Origin: Thalassobaculaceae bacterium
Lineage (GTDB): Bacteria > Pseudomonadota > Alphaproteobacteria > Thalassobaculales > Thalassobaculaceae
Length of the DNA: 64,000 nucleotides
Reading direction: 5' to 3'
Assembly (NCBI GenBank): GCA_965228875.1
Contig: OZ245843.1
Location: 186,001-250,000, forward strand
The translations under genes and the position numbers were made by a program. A model generated the notes under the pieces. The model was given only the letters and a program-made list of their open reading frames with translations. It was not told the origin of the DNA and ran no database searches. Positions 54,843 through 64,000 of this stretch are shown piece by piece (position 1 is the stretch's first letter; each line of letters begins with the position of its first letter).

Positions 54843-55868
54843 ATGGCAACCGATGACGATCTCGCCGCCGAATGGGAGGCGATGGGAGATGACGAAGAGG
54901 AAGACGTCGGTTCCGCCCGGGTCCTGAATCAGGACGAGATCGACAGCCTGCTCGGCTTCGACGAGGCGGGTGGCGGCGACAGCGACACCTCCGGCATTCA
55001 CGCCATCGTCAACTCGGCGCTCGTCTCCTACGAGCGCCTGCCAATGCTCGAGGTCGTGTTCGACCGCCTCGTCCGCATGATGTCGACCAGCCTTCGGAAC
55101 TTCACCTCGGACAACGTCGAGGTCTCGCTCGACAACATCACTTCCATCCGCTTCGGCGACTATCTGAACTCGATTCCGCTGCCGGCCATGCTGTCGGTCT
55201 TCAAGGCGGAGGAATGGGACAACTACGGCCTGCTCGTGGTCGACAGCGCGCTGATCTACTCCATCGTCGACGTGCTGCTCGGCGGACGGCGCGGCACGGC
55301 GGCGATGCGCATCGAGGGGCGGCCCTACACAACGATCGAACGCAACCTGGTCGAGCGCATGGTCAACGTGGTGCTCAGCGACCTGAGCGCCGCCTTCGAT
55401 CCGCTGAGCCCGGTGACCTTCCGGTTCGACCGGCTGGAGACCAATCCCCGGTTCGCCACCATTGCCCGTCCCGCGAACGCGGCCGTCCTGGCCCGTCTGC
55501 GCATCGACATGGAGGATCGTGGCGGCCGTCTCGAACTCATGCTGCCCTACGCGACGCTGGAGCCCGTGCGCGAACTGCTGCTGCAGATGTTCATGGGCGA
55601 GAAGTTCGGTCGCGACTCGATCTGGGAGACCCACCTCGCGAACGAGCTTTGGAACACCGACGTCGAACTCGATGCGGTGCTGGACGAGGTCGTGATGCCG
55701 CTCAACGACGTTCTGAACCTCAAGCCGGGCAGCCGGATCTTGCTGAACGCGATGCCGAACTCGACCATCGACATGCGGTGCGGCAACGTTTCGCTGTTCA
55801 ATGGTAAGATGGGGCGCAAGGGTGGCAACATTGCCGTCCGCATCAGCCACCGCCTGCGCAAGATGTGA
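54843..55868 (+). CDS. fliM: Motor switch FliM
   Basis: LNQDEIDSLL CheY-binding peptide, YERLPMLEVVFDR, LLGG, RPYT.IE, SPOA C-terminus. Confidence 0.97.
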   Translation: MATDDDLAAEWEAMGDDEEEDVGSARVLNQDEIDSLLGFDEAGGGDSDTSGIHAIVNSALVSYERLPMLEVVFDRLVRMMSTSLRNFTSDNVEVSLDNITSIRFGDYLNSIPLPAMLSVFKAEEWDNYGLLVVDSALIYSIVDVLLGGRRGTAAMRIEGRPYTTIERNLVERMVNVVLSDLSAAFDPLSPVTFRFDRLETNPRFATIARPANAAVLARLRIDMEDRGGRLELMLPYATLEPVRELLLQMFMGEKFGRDSIWETHLANELWNTDVELDAVLDEVVMPLNDVLNLKPGSRILLNAMPNSTIDMRCGNVSLFNGKMGRKGGNIAVRISHRLRKM

Positions 55869-55940
55869 CCGCGCAAAAAGTGACCGAACGGTTCCGTAAG
55901 GGGCCGGCCAGAGGGAAGGGACGGGAATGAGGGAGCCTGG

Positions 55941-56459
55941 ATGAACCTGACGCTGACCCTCGACATCGTCCTCGTGGTGCTGCTGCTGGCGACGATCGTT
56001 TACGCCATGGTCTTGCATCGCCGCCTGTCGATGCTCAGATCCGAGAAGGAGGACCTGGAGGGGTTCCTTGAGCGCATGAGCCAGGCGACGGCGAAGGCCG
56101 ATGCCAGCCTCAAGGGAATTCGCCAGGCAGCGGAACAGGCGCAGGGCCTTTTGAACGACCCGCTCGTGAAGGCGCAGTCGCTGCGCGACGAGTTGCTGTT
56201 CCTGATCGAACGGGCCGACGGAGTCGCCGAGCGGATGGCGAACACGCCGAGCGCCAGGCCAACGGCGGATGCCGTGGAACCGGAGCCGGCCCGTCGGCCG
56301 GCGGCGTCGAGGCCCGAGCGCCGACCCGCCGCCGCGCCCGACACGCCGCCACGGGATACGCCGCGGGATACGCAGCCGCGGGATACACGGGAGCCCGATG
56401 ACGGTGCCCGCTCGCAGGCGGAGCGCGACCTGATGAACGCATTGAGGAACGTACGCTGA
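55941..56459 (+). CDS. Bitopic coiled-coil/Pro-rich protein (DUF6468, PflI-like)
   Basis: N-terminal TM (LLLATIVYA..L.RRL..LR), coiled coil, Pro-rich tail, RS.AE..L..AL; downstream of fliM. Confidence 0.65.
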   Translation: MNLTLTLDIVLVVLLLATIVYAMVLHRRLSMLRSEKEDLEGFLERMSQATAKADASLKGIRQAAEQAQGLLNDPLVKAQSLRDELLFLIERADGVAERMANTPSARPTADAVEPEPARRPAASRPERRPAAAPDTPPRDTPRDTQPRDTREPDDGARSQAERDLMNALRNVR

Positions 56460-56460
56460 C

Positions 56461-57399
56461 ATGAGCTACGACCGACTGGGAAGACGCGCCGCCCCGCCGC
56501 CGGCGGAGGATGATGTGGACGGCATGGCGCCGGTCGCGTCGCGCTCCGCCACGCCGAACGCCGCGCGTCTGGCCCGCGGCCGGGCGGCGGCGGCCTCCTT
56601 CCGGGCCGCCCAGGCGGCCGCGGCCGCACCGGCCGCAGCAGACGCCGGCGGGTCGAAGGCGGCCAAGGCCCAGCGCCGCAAGCGTCCGGCGGCGCTGCGC
56701 ATACTGCCGCTGACGGCCTTCGTCGCCGCTCTGGTTCTGTCTTTCCGCGTGGCCGATCTCTGGGACCGGCGGGAGACGCTCGTCGAGACGGTGACGGTCG
56801 GAACGGTGGCGATCGCCGATGCCGGCGACGGCGGAGCGCCGGGCGCGGAACTGCCGGCGGGACCGCGCGTCGCGGAGCTGCGGGCCGCGACGACGACGGA
56901 CGCGTCCGGCGGCACGCCGCGCAGCGCCGTGCCGCTGGCGCAGCTGGCCCAGGCGGGCTCCGACGACAAGGTCGATCCGTTCAATCTCGGCAAGTCTCAG
57001 ATCGAACTGCTGCAGAGTCTCGCGGACCGGCGCCGCGAGCTCGAAGAGCGCGAGCGCACCCTGGTGCAGCGTGAGGGCCTGCTGGCCGCCGCCGAGCACC
57101 GGATCGAGAGGAAGATCGAGGAACTGAACGGGATCAAGGGCGAGATCGAGGGGCTGATCCGCAAGTACGACAAGCAGGAGGAGGAACAGCTCTCCAGCCT
57201 GGTCAAGATCTACGAGACGATGAAACCCAAGGATGCGGCGAAGATCTTCGACGCGCTGGACATGGACATCCTTCTTCAGGTTATAGAACGGATGAAGGCG
57301 TCGAAGACGGCACCTGTGCTGGCTGCGATGACCCCGGAGCGCGCGAAGGAGGTCACGGCCCGCATCGCAGAACGCCGGAGCATGCCGGATATCAACTGA
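56461..57399 (+). CDS. motE: MotE-family periplasmic protein (MgtE_N-like C-terminus)
   Basis: RILP + TM, coiled coil, LVKIYE.MKPKDAA.IF, LAAM.PE.A. Confidence 0.75.
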   Translation: MSYDRLGRRAAPPPAEDDVDGMAPVASRSATPNAARLARGRAAAASFRAAQAAAAAPAAADAGGSKAAKAQRRKRPAALRILPLTAFVAALVLSFRVADLWDRRETLVETVTVGTVAIADAGDGGAPGAELPAGPRVAELRAATTTDASGGTPRSAVPLAQLAQAGSDDKVDPFNLGKSQIELLQSLADRRRELEERERTLVQREGLLAAAEHRIERKIEELNGIKGEIEGLIRKYDKQEEEQLSSLVKIYETMKPKDAAKIFDALDMDILLQVIERMKASKTAPVLAAMTPERAKEVTARIAERRSMPDIN

Positions 57400-57475
57400 C
57401 CGATTGATGGGGGTGGGATCTGCCGATCCGGCGGTTTCGGGCCGGATGATCAGAACTCTTCGACCATCAATCTCG

Positions 57476-57490
57476 TTTACAACGTTTTAA
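57476..57490. promoter_or_regulatory. CtrA-like site upstream of cheY
   Basis: TTTA-CAACGTT-TTAA. Confidence 0.55.
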
Positions 57491-57567
57491 TACCCCTGGC
57501 ATACGGTGGGCCCAGTTCGCGATGCCGCCGGGCGGCGGTGGATGCCAGAGACTTGAGGAGACGGGAA

Positions 57568-57954
57568 ATGGCGGTGGACCAGAACATGGCGATCCTCATC
57601 GTCGACGACTACAAGACGATGCTGAGAATCATCAGAAACCTGCTGCGCCAGCTCGGCTTCAACAACGTCGACGAGGCGTCGGACGGGGCAACCGCGTTGC
57701 AGAAGCTGCGCCGGGGTGAGTTCGGCCTGGTCATCTCGGACTGGAACATGGAGCCGATGACCGGCCTTCAGCTTCTGAAGGAGGTCCGCACGGACGCCAA
57801 GCTCAAGTCCCTGCCGTTCATCATGGTCACCGCCGAGAGCAAGACGGAGAACGTGATCGCGGCGAAGAAGGCCGGCGTGAACAACTACATCGTCAAGCCG
57901 TTCAACGCCGCGACCCTGAAGCAGAAGATGACTGCGGTCATCGGCGACTTCTAG
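57568..57954 (+). CDS. cheY: Chemotaxis response regulator CheY
   Basis: VDDY.TM..I, ISDWNM, MVTAE, YIVKPF; GAGGAG RBS. Confidence 0.95.
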   Translation: MAVDQNMAILIVDDYKTMLRIIRNLLRQLGFNNVDEASDGATALQKLRRGEFGLVISDWNMEPMTGLQLLKEVRTDAKLKSLPFIMVTAESKTENVIAAKKAGVNNYIVKPFNAATLKQKMTAVIGDF

Positions 57955-57975
57955 GCGCGGCCCGGGGCCGGCGCG

Positions 57976-58401
57976 TTGAGTTCCAGCGGGCAGATCGACG
58001 ATCCGGCGGCGCGGGCGCTGTCGGAGGTCGATGCCGCCGACGCCGAACTGCAGGACGCGTTCGACCGGATAATCGATGCCGTCGAGACACTGATCCCCGC
58101 CGGAGAGACGGCCGAGAGTGCGGTGGCCGAAACGATCGACACCGCGACCGGAGCGATCCTCGAGGCGTCCGCCATGCGCGACATTCTCGGCCAGCGGCTG
58201 ACAGCGATCCGCGATTCGGTTGCGCTTCTTGCCGCGGGCAGTGCATCCGGGCTCGAAACAAAACGTGACAAATCGCGGGAAATAGAAGAAAAACAAGGGG
58301 ACGGGTCGGCCTCGGAGAGCGGGTTGCTCAACGGTCCCCAGATGCCGGGTGCGGCCAAGAGCCAAGCGGAGGTCGACGCGCTGTTCGATAAACTCGACTA
58401 G
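57976..58401 (+). CDS. cheZ: Short CheZ-like phosphatase
   Basis: DILGQRL (DxxxQ) motif and C-terminal LLNGPQ...SQAEVDALF; follows cheY; start uncertain. Confidence 0.65.
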   Translation: MSSSGQIDDPAARALSEVDAADAELQDAFDRIIDAVETLIPAGETAESAVAETIDTATGAILEASAMRDILGQRLTAIRDSVALLAAGSASGLETKRDKSREIEEKQGDGSASESGLLNGPQMPGAAKSQAEVDALFDKLD

Positions 58402-58407
58402 GCGCGC

Positions 58408-59076
58408 ATGAATTTCAGGCGAGCAGAGCGCCGGGAGCCCGACAAGGGAAGCAGCCAGCCGCTGTTCCTGAGCCTGTTCCTGTTGCTGCTGGCGTTCTTC
58501 ATTATGCTGAACGCCATGTCGACCGTCGAGGAGGGCCGCAGCACCAAGGTGCTGGAGAGCGTCAAGCGGGCCTTCCCTTCGGCCCTGCGCCAGGATATCG
58601 CCGACGACCTGCTCGATGCCGAACCCGGCGAGGTGATCGACGAGTCGGTGCGCGCGGCGATCGGGACCGTGTTCCGTGAGGTGCTGCCGGCGGTGACGGT
58701 ACAGGCCGAGCCCGACGGCAATCCGATCTTCGTTTCGATCCCCACACAGCAGGTATTCTCGCCGGTTGCAGGCGGCGTGACGCCGGTGATGGAGCAGCTT
58801 GCCGAGCGCCTGGCGCCGATCGTCAACCGCCCGCCGGCCGGCAGCGTGCTCGACCTCCAGATTCTCTACGGGACGGACCCGTCGACCGGGCGGGAGCGGC
58901 GGCAGGAACTGATCTTCCGCGCCAGCGAGACGGTGCATGTCTTCGTCGACCGCGAGGTCGAGCCAGCGGTCCTGTCGGCCGGGCTCGAGCCGCGGGACCC
59001 GGCCTTCGTTCGGCTGATCTTCCGCACCCGGCCTGCCGGGCGGTCGGGGCCGGAGCTTGCGGGGGTGGCGCGATGA
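58408..59076 (+). CDS. MotB-like paralogue lacking the conserved TM aspartate
   Basis: TM LFLSLFLLLLAFFIMLNAMS and plug-like KVLESVKRAF; degenerate OmpA-like C-terminus. Confidence 0.65.
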   Translation: MNFRRAERREPDKGSSQPLFLSLFLLLLAFFIMLNAMSTVEEGRSTKVLESVKRAFPSALRQDIADDLLDAEPGEVIDESVRAAIGTVFREVLPAVTVQAEPDGNPIFVSIPTQQVFSPVAGGVTPVMEQLAERLAPIVNRPPAGSVLDLQILYGTDPSTGRERRQELIFRASETVHVFVDREVEPAVLSAGLEPRDPAFVRLIFRTRPAGRSGPELAGVAR

Positions 59077-59831
59077 TCGTCCACCTGGTCCGATCGCGCG
59101 CCGCCGTCCATCGTGGCGAGCCCAGGCTCGGACGCCGCGCCGGCCGAAAGTACGGCGGCGGGGCGAGCTGGCTGGTCACGCTGGTCGACCTTGTCTCGCT
59201 GATGCTGGCATTCTTCGTGTTGCGCTTCGCCATGACGACGTTGGACAGCCCGAGCTTCGAGAAGGCGGCGGGATCGATCTCGCTGGTGCTCGGCCAGCAG
59301 GTCTCGGTGGTCGATCGGGCGCCGCCGGTGGAGTTCAGCGTGGAAGCGGAGCGCACCCGCCGCGGCTTCTCCCTGGCCTATCTGGAACCGGTGCTCGAGG
59401 CCAAGATGGCTGGCGATGCGGTACTTGGCCTCGCCCAGACCGCGCGGGCCGGCGAACGTCTCGTGATCGCCTTGCCGGCGGACCTGCTGTTTCCGGTCGG
59501 GTCGGCGACGCTCACCCGCGATGCCGCGCGCGCGGTCGGCGTGTTGTCGACGGCGTTGTCCACCCTGCCCAACCGGATCGACGTCGTCGGCCATGCCGAT
59601 CCTCAGCCGATGAGCGGCGGCGGCCGCTACCGGTCGAACTGGGAGCTTTCTCTGGCCCGCGCCGACGCGGTGGCCGCCCGCCTGATCGAGACCGGATACC
59701 CACGCGAACCCTCGGTCGAGGGGCAGGGGGCAAGCCGGTTCCCCGAGGTCGCGCCGACCCTGGCGATGGACCGTCGCTTCGCACTCGCCCGCCGCGTCGA
59801 TGTCGTGATCTTCCCGGAGCGGGCGCCGTGA
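59073..59831 (+). CDS. motB: Stator B subunit MotB/PomB
   Basis: WLVTLVDLVSLMLAFF, LLF..GSA.L, GHAD, NWELSLARA..V, ARRVDVVI. Confidence 0.92.
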   Translation: MIVHLVRSRAAVHRGEPRLGRRAGRKYGGGASWLVTLVDLVSLMLAFFVLRFAMTTLDSPSFEKAAGSISLVLGQQVSVVDRAPPVEFSVEAERTRRGFSLAYLEPVLEAKMAGDAVLGLAQTARAGERLVIALPADLLFPVGSATLTRDAARAVGVLSTALSTLPNRIDVVGHADPQPMSGGGRYRSNWELSLARADAVAARLIETGYPREPSVEGQGASRFPEVAPTLAMDRRFALARRVDVVIFPERAP

Positions 59832-62800
59832 GCCGGCTTGTCCTGCTCGCCGCGATCCTGCTGCTGACCCTCGCGGGGCCGGCGCGGGCGGTCCCGGTCC
59901 AGGTGACCGGCGGTCAGACCGCGACGTCCGAACGGCTGGTGTTCGACTGGCCGCGGGCGGTGGAGTACTCTGCCGAGCGGTTCGGTAACGCACTGGTCAT
60001 CCGGTTCTCGCAACCGATCGAAGGCGATGTCGCGGGGGCGGCCGGCGGCCTCGGCCGGTTCATCGCCGGTGGCCGCGTCGGTCAGGACGGCCGCAGCGTG
60101 GTGCTCGACCTGACGGGCAATCACCGACTGCGCAGCACCCGCGAGGGTAACCGCATTGTCATCGACCTGTCCGACCGGACCGCCGCGCCGGCGCCGCTGG
60201 CCGCGCCGCAGCCATCGGCCCCTTCGCCCGCTCCACCCCCGGCTCCGGCGGGACAGACAACGGCGTCACCGGCCACCGGTGGCGCCCCGACGCTGGGCGT
60301 GCGCACCGGGCGGCACAACGACTACGATCGCATCGTCTTCGACTGGACGGCGCCGGTCGATTTCGAGGTCGAACCGGATCCCGGCGCCGCGCGGATCCTG
60401 TTCGCGCGACCGGCCCGTATCGACGATGCGGCGGTCCGGCGACGGCTGCCGGAGCCGCTGCGGGGATTCGCGAGTACACAGAGCGTGGGTGGTCTGACCG
60501 TTACGGTTCCGGTCCCGGAGGGCCGCTCGGTCAAGGCGTTCCGCACCGGTTCCAAGGTCGTGGTCGACGTGCTGCGCGACACGAGCGGAATCCGGGCCGC
60601 CGCCGCGACCGCTTCTCCCCAGCCATCGGCACCCCAACCGGCGGCACCCCAACCGGCCGCGCCGCCGCCCGCCCCGGCATCGCAGGCGCCTGCCGGTCTG
60701 CCGCCCGCCACGTCGTCCAATCCGCCGGCTCAGGCCGCCGCGACCCCACCCGTCGCCCCGACGGCGGCCCCGACGGCGGCCCCGACGGCGGCCCAGGGCG
60801 CGGCCCTGGACGCGACGACGGACGTTCCGCCGGCGCAGGCGTCGGTTCCGACGGCACCCCCGCCCCAGGCGGCGCCGGTACCGCCCGCCTCCGAGCCGGC
60901 CGCCGTTCCGCCGCCGCGTGGCGCCACCGCGCCCCCGCCGGCAGGCTCCGTCGGCTCCGACCCGACCGCGTCGGTCACCACCCTGCAGGCCGTCACCTCG
61001 TCGGCGCCCGCCGACGCCGGCGCCGGTGAGGCCAAGCTGGACGACGCGACCCGCCAGGACGCCGTGCCGGACGCCGGGGTTGGGGTGATCGCCGGACCGC
61101 CCGTCGTGATTACCCGGCTGAACAACGCCGAGGCGATTTCCCTGCGCTTCGCCTTCGAGGAACAGGTCGCCGCCGCCGTGTTTCCGCGGGCCGGATATGT
61201 CTGGGTCGGGTTCGACGGCGCGGTCACCTTCGACATCAGCCAGCTTCAGGGTCTGGAGAACGAGATCGTCGGCCTGCCCGAGCAGGTCCCCGCCTCCAGC
61301 GGGTCGGTCGTTCGGGTGCCGGTGGTGCAGGGCGTGAACCCGCGGGTCTGGCGCGACGGGTCGGCCTGGGTCGTGGATCTTCAGCCGCAGCTGTCCCGCC
61401 CCGACGTGCCGTTGCGGGTTGATGCGCAGATGGTCAGCCCCCAGGGCCCACGGCTGTTCATTCCGGTGGAAGGGGTGGGAGAGCCCATGGTCGTGCGCGA
61501 TCCGGAGGTCGGCGACGTGCTGTTCCTGGTTCCGGTCGCGCCGCTGTCCCGCGGCATCGACGGCGACCGGAACTATCCGGACATGTCGATCCTCGCCTCG
61601 TTGCAGGGCGTGGTCGTGCGCCCGAACCGTGCCGACGTCGCCGTGCGCGTCCTGCCCGACGGCATCTCGATCTCCCGCGAGGCGGGCATGCTGCTCTCCG
61701 GTCCGGCGCCGCGGTCCGCCGACGATGTCTACGCCGGCGGCCGTTTCGAGGGGCTGACGGCAGGGCTGCCGCCGGGGCGGATCTTCGATATGGCCAACTG
61801 GCGGCTGGGCGCGGGGCCCGACTTCCTCGACCGTCGCCAGGCGCTGCAGCTCCGGATCGCCGAAGCGACCAGCATCTCGCGCAACGGACCGCGTCTTGAA
61901 CTCGCGCAGTTCTATTTCGCCCGTGGTCTCGCGGCCGAGGCGATCGGTCTGCTTCGCACCATCGCCCAGTCGGACGAGGATCTGGCCAATCGCCCGGACG
62001 TGAAGGCGCTCCGCGGGGCGTCGAGCTTCATGCTCGGGCGCTACGCCGAGGCGGAGGAATACCTGGACGACCCGGCTCTTAACGGATTCTCCGAGGCGGA
62101 GCTCTGGCGCGGGGCGGCGACCGCCGGCCAGGGCAAGTGGGACGAAGCGGTGGAGCATATCGCCCGCGCCGGCGAGATTCCGGGCGGCTATCCGCGCAAC
62201 TACACCACCGAGCTTGCGATGCAGGCGGCGGAGGCGGCGATCAGGGCCGGCGACTTCAGAGGTGCCGGTGCCTTCCTCGACGTGATTTCCGAGGGTGATC
62301 CGACGCCGGGAGAGCGGGCCCGCCTGGACTTCCTGCGGGGGCGCGTGCTCTACGCCTTCGGCGATTCCGAGGCGGCGCTCGATATCTGGAACCGACTGGC
62401 CGAGGGCGAGGACCGCTGGGCGCGCGTGCGCTCGGAGCGGGCGTTGATCCAGCACCTGCTCGACGACGGTCGGATCACCACCAAACAGGCGGCCGATCGG
62501 CTGGACGAACTGCGTTACGCTTGGCGCGGCGACCGCCTGGAGTTCGAACTGCTGCGGGACTTCGGCCGGCTTCGGCTTGTGGAGAACGAGTACGAGGAGG
62601 GCTTGGCGGCCCTTCGCCAGGCGGTGACCTATTTCCCGGACAACCCCGAGTCCCGCGATCTCGCCTATGAACTGACCGAGGAGTTCAGCGACATCTTCAC
62701 CGGCGGCGCGGCGGAATCCATGACGCCGCTGCAGGCCTTGGCGCTGTATGACGAGTTCCGCGAACTCACCCCCGTCGGCGCGGCAGGCGACAAGATCATC

Positions 62801-63487
62801 GAGGCGCTGGCCGACCGGCTGGTCAAGGTCGACCTGCTGGATCGGGCGGCACGCCTGCTCGACCGCCAGGTGAAGTTCCGGCTGCAGGGGACGGAGAAGG
62901 CGCGTGTGGGCGCGCGTCTCGCGCTGATCCTTCTGCTCGACCGGCAGCCGGAGAGCGCGATCGCCGCCCTGGACGAGAGTGTGGCGCCAGGCCTTCGCCG
63001 GGATCTGGCGGACGAGCGGCGGCGCCTCCGGGCCCGTGCCATCTTCGAGCTCGGCGATGCCCAGGGCGCGCTGAAACTCCTGAGCGACGACCGCGGCCGG
63101 GAAGCCGACCTTCTCCGCGCCGATATCTTCTGGCGCACCCAGGAATGGGTCGAGGCGGCGAAGACCTTCCGCAGTCTGGTCGGCGATTCCGGGCGGGACG
63201 GTCGGCGGCTGACGTCGGAGCAGGCGAATTTCATCGTCAACTGGGCGGTTGCTCTGGCCCTCAGCGACAACGACAACGGCCTCAACCGGTTGCGTCAGAT
63301 CTACGGCACGCAGATGGACAACACACCCTTCCGGGAGGCGTTCCGTCTGATCACCAACAACACCGACAGCGGGCCTGACGAGTTCCTGCGCCTGAGCGAG
63401 CGCTTCGAGGAGATCGGCCGCTTCCAGGCCTTCCTGTCGAGCTACCGGGACAAGCTGAAGCAGGGTCCGCTCAGCGCCACGAACTGA
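59828..63487 (+). CDS. Large exported protein: two N-terminal beta domains, Pro/Ala linker, C-terminal TPRs (MotK/PflA-like)
   Basis: Signal peptide after GTG 59828 (overlaps the motB stop); duplicated R.VFDW motif; TPR-like helical C-terminal half. Confidence 0.7.
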   Translation: MSRLVLLAAILLLTLAGPARAVPVQVTGGQTATSERLVFDWPRAVEYSAERFGNALVIRFSQPIEGDVAGAAGGLGRFIAGGRVGQDGRSVVLDLTGNHRLRSTREGNRIVIDLSDRTAAPAPLAAPQPSAPSPAPPPAPAGQTTASPATGGAPTLGVRTGRHNDYDRIVFDWTAPVDFEVEPDPGAARILFARPARIDDAAVRRRLPEPLRGFASTQSVGGLTVTVPVPEGRSVKAFRTGSKVVVDVLRDTSGIRAAAATASPQPSAPQPAAPQPAAPPPAPASQAPAGLPPATSSNPPAQAAATPPVAPTAAPTAAPTAAQGAALDATTDVPPAQASVPTAPPPQAAPVPPASEPAAVPPPRGATAPPPAGSVGSDPTASVTTLQAVTSSAPADAGAGEAKLDDATRQDAVPDAGVGVIAGPPVVITRLNNAEAISLRFAFEEQVAAAVFPRAGYVWVGFDGAVTFDISQLQGLENEIVGLPEQVPASSGSVVRVPVVQGVNPRVWRDGSAWVVDLQPQLSRPDVPLRVDAQMVSPQGPRLFIPVEGVGEPMVVRDPEVGDVLFLVPVAPLSRGIDGDRNYPDMSILASLQGVVVRPNRADVAVRVLPDGISISREAGMLLSGPAPRSADDVYAGGRFEGLTAGLPPGRIFDMANWRLGAGPDFLDRRQALQLRIAEATSISRNGPRLELAQFYFARGLAAEAIGLLRTIAQSDEDLANRPDVKALRGASSFMLGRYAEAEEYLDDPALNGFSEAELWRGAATAGQGKWDEAVEHIARAGEIPGGYPRNYTTELAMQAAEAAIRAGDFRGAGAFLDVISEGDPTPGERARLDFLRGRVLYAFGDSEAALDIWNRLAEGEDRWARVRSERALIQHLLDDGRITTKQAADRLDELRYAWRGDRLEFELLRDFGRLRLVENEYEEGLAALRQAVTYFPDNPESRDLAYELTEEFSDIFTGGAAESMTPLQALALYDEFRELTPVGAAGDKIIEALADRLVKVDLLDRAARLLDRQVKFRLQGTEKARVGARLALILLLDRQPESAIAALDESVAPGLRRDLADERRRLRARAIFELGDAQGALKLLSDDRGREADLLRADIFWRTQEWVEAAKTFRSLVGDSGRDGRRLTSEQANFIVNWAVALALSDNDNGLNRLRQIYGTQMDNTPFREAFRLITNNTDSGPDEFLRLSERFEEIGRFQAFLSSYRDKLKQGPLSATN
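60755..60790 (+). repeat. Three perfect 12-bp repeats (APTA) in the Pro/Ala linker
   Basis: GCCCCGACGGCG x3. Confidence 0.8.
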
Positions 63488-63522
63488 GCCTTCCGTCGGG
63501 CGACGGGATCAAGGGTATCCGG

Positions 63523-64000
63523 CTATGTGCCGAAGCTTCGGACCAGGCTGCCGGCGACCATGTACCAGCCGTCGACAAGCACGAAGAAGATCAGCTTGAA
63601 CGGCAGCGAGATGGTCACGGGCGGCACCATCATCATTCCCATCGACATAAGTACCGACGCGATCACCATGTCGAGAATGACGAAGGGCAGGTAGAGCAGG
63701 AAGCCGATCTCGAAGGCGCGGCGCAGCTCGCTGATCATGAAGGCGGGGACAAGGACCTGGATCGGCGCGTTCAGGCCGGTCTCCGCCGGGCCGACCTGGG
63801 CGATATCCTCGAAGAGCTGCAGGTCCTTGTCGCGCACCTGGGCGAGCATGAAGGCCCGGAACGGCGCCACGGTCTCGCGGTAGGCCTCCTCCTCGTCGAT
63901 CCTCTCCTCGATCAGCGGATTGATGCCGTTCTGCCAGGCGGTCTCAAAGGTATCCGCCATGATGAACCCGGTCATGAACAGCGCGAGGCTGATGATGACG
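63523..64000 (-). CDS. fliP: Export gate FliP, 5'-truncated by the window edge
   Basis: LVPAFMISEL.RAFEIGF, ASVLMSMGMMMVPP..ISLPFKLIFFVLVDGW. Confidence 0.96.
   Translation of the reverse strand, partial: VIISLALFMTGFIMADTFETAWQNGINPLIEERIDEEEAYRETVAPFRAFMLAQVRDKDLQLFEDIAQVGPAETGLNAPIQVLVPAFMISELRRAFEIGFLLYLPFVILDMVIASVLMSMGMMMVPPVTISLPFKLIFFVLVDGWYMVAGSLVRSFGT

Noticed and set aside
56340..56390. DTPR-type repeats in the DUF6468 gene as a CRISPR or phase-variation tract
   Set aside because: Short, degenerate, in-frame linker repeats with no spacers and no frameshift potential
59057..59827. N-terminal extension making the TPR protein 1476 aa
   Set aside because: Overlaps motB out of frame; the signal peptide begins at GTG 59828
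1..64000. rRNA, tRNA, CRISPR array, transposase/integrase, prophage or defence genes
   Set aside because: None recognised; nearly all sequence is accounted for by CDSs and short intergenic regions, though small RNAs cannot be excluded by eye

Overview
GC-rich alphaproteobacterial DNA; gene content and order suggest Rhodospirillales (inference). About 1-14 kb is metabolic: PhyH-family dioxygenase, M14 carboxypeptidase, an HcnABC/opine-oxidase-like dehydrogenase split by a LysE exporter, DUF1194, a 2OG-Fe(II) oxygenase, a BenE/GntR pair, a peroxiredoxin and a HAD hydrolase. About 14-64 kb is one polar-flagellum supercluster with Caulobacter-type regulators (CtrA-like sites, SciP, FlbD/FliX, sigma54 promoters with ftr-like enhancers, FlbT/FlaF). 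Most notable: (i) a filament block between fliK and flgK with three flagellins, FlbT, two FlaF paralogues and three FlmG-like TPR-glycosyltransferases, plus a fourth next to fliF; (ii) a shared stem + A(A/G)AAH pentaloop in all three flagellin leaders and upstream of flgE, hiding the Shine-Dalgarno in two of them; (iii) an overlapping pair of MotB genes, one lacking the ion-binding Asp, followed by a large periplasmic TPR protein; (iv) fliG missing from the fliF operon; (v) a second FliK-like protein; (vi) a sigma54-type promoter before fliLM. No rRNA, tRNA, CRISPR array or mobile element was recognised. All calls were made by eye from motifs and synteny, with no database searches.
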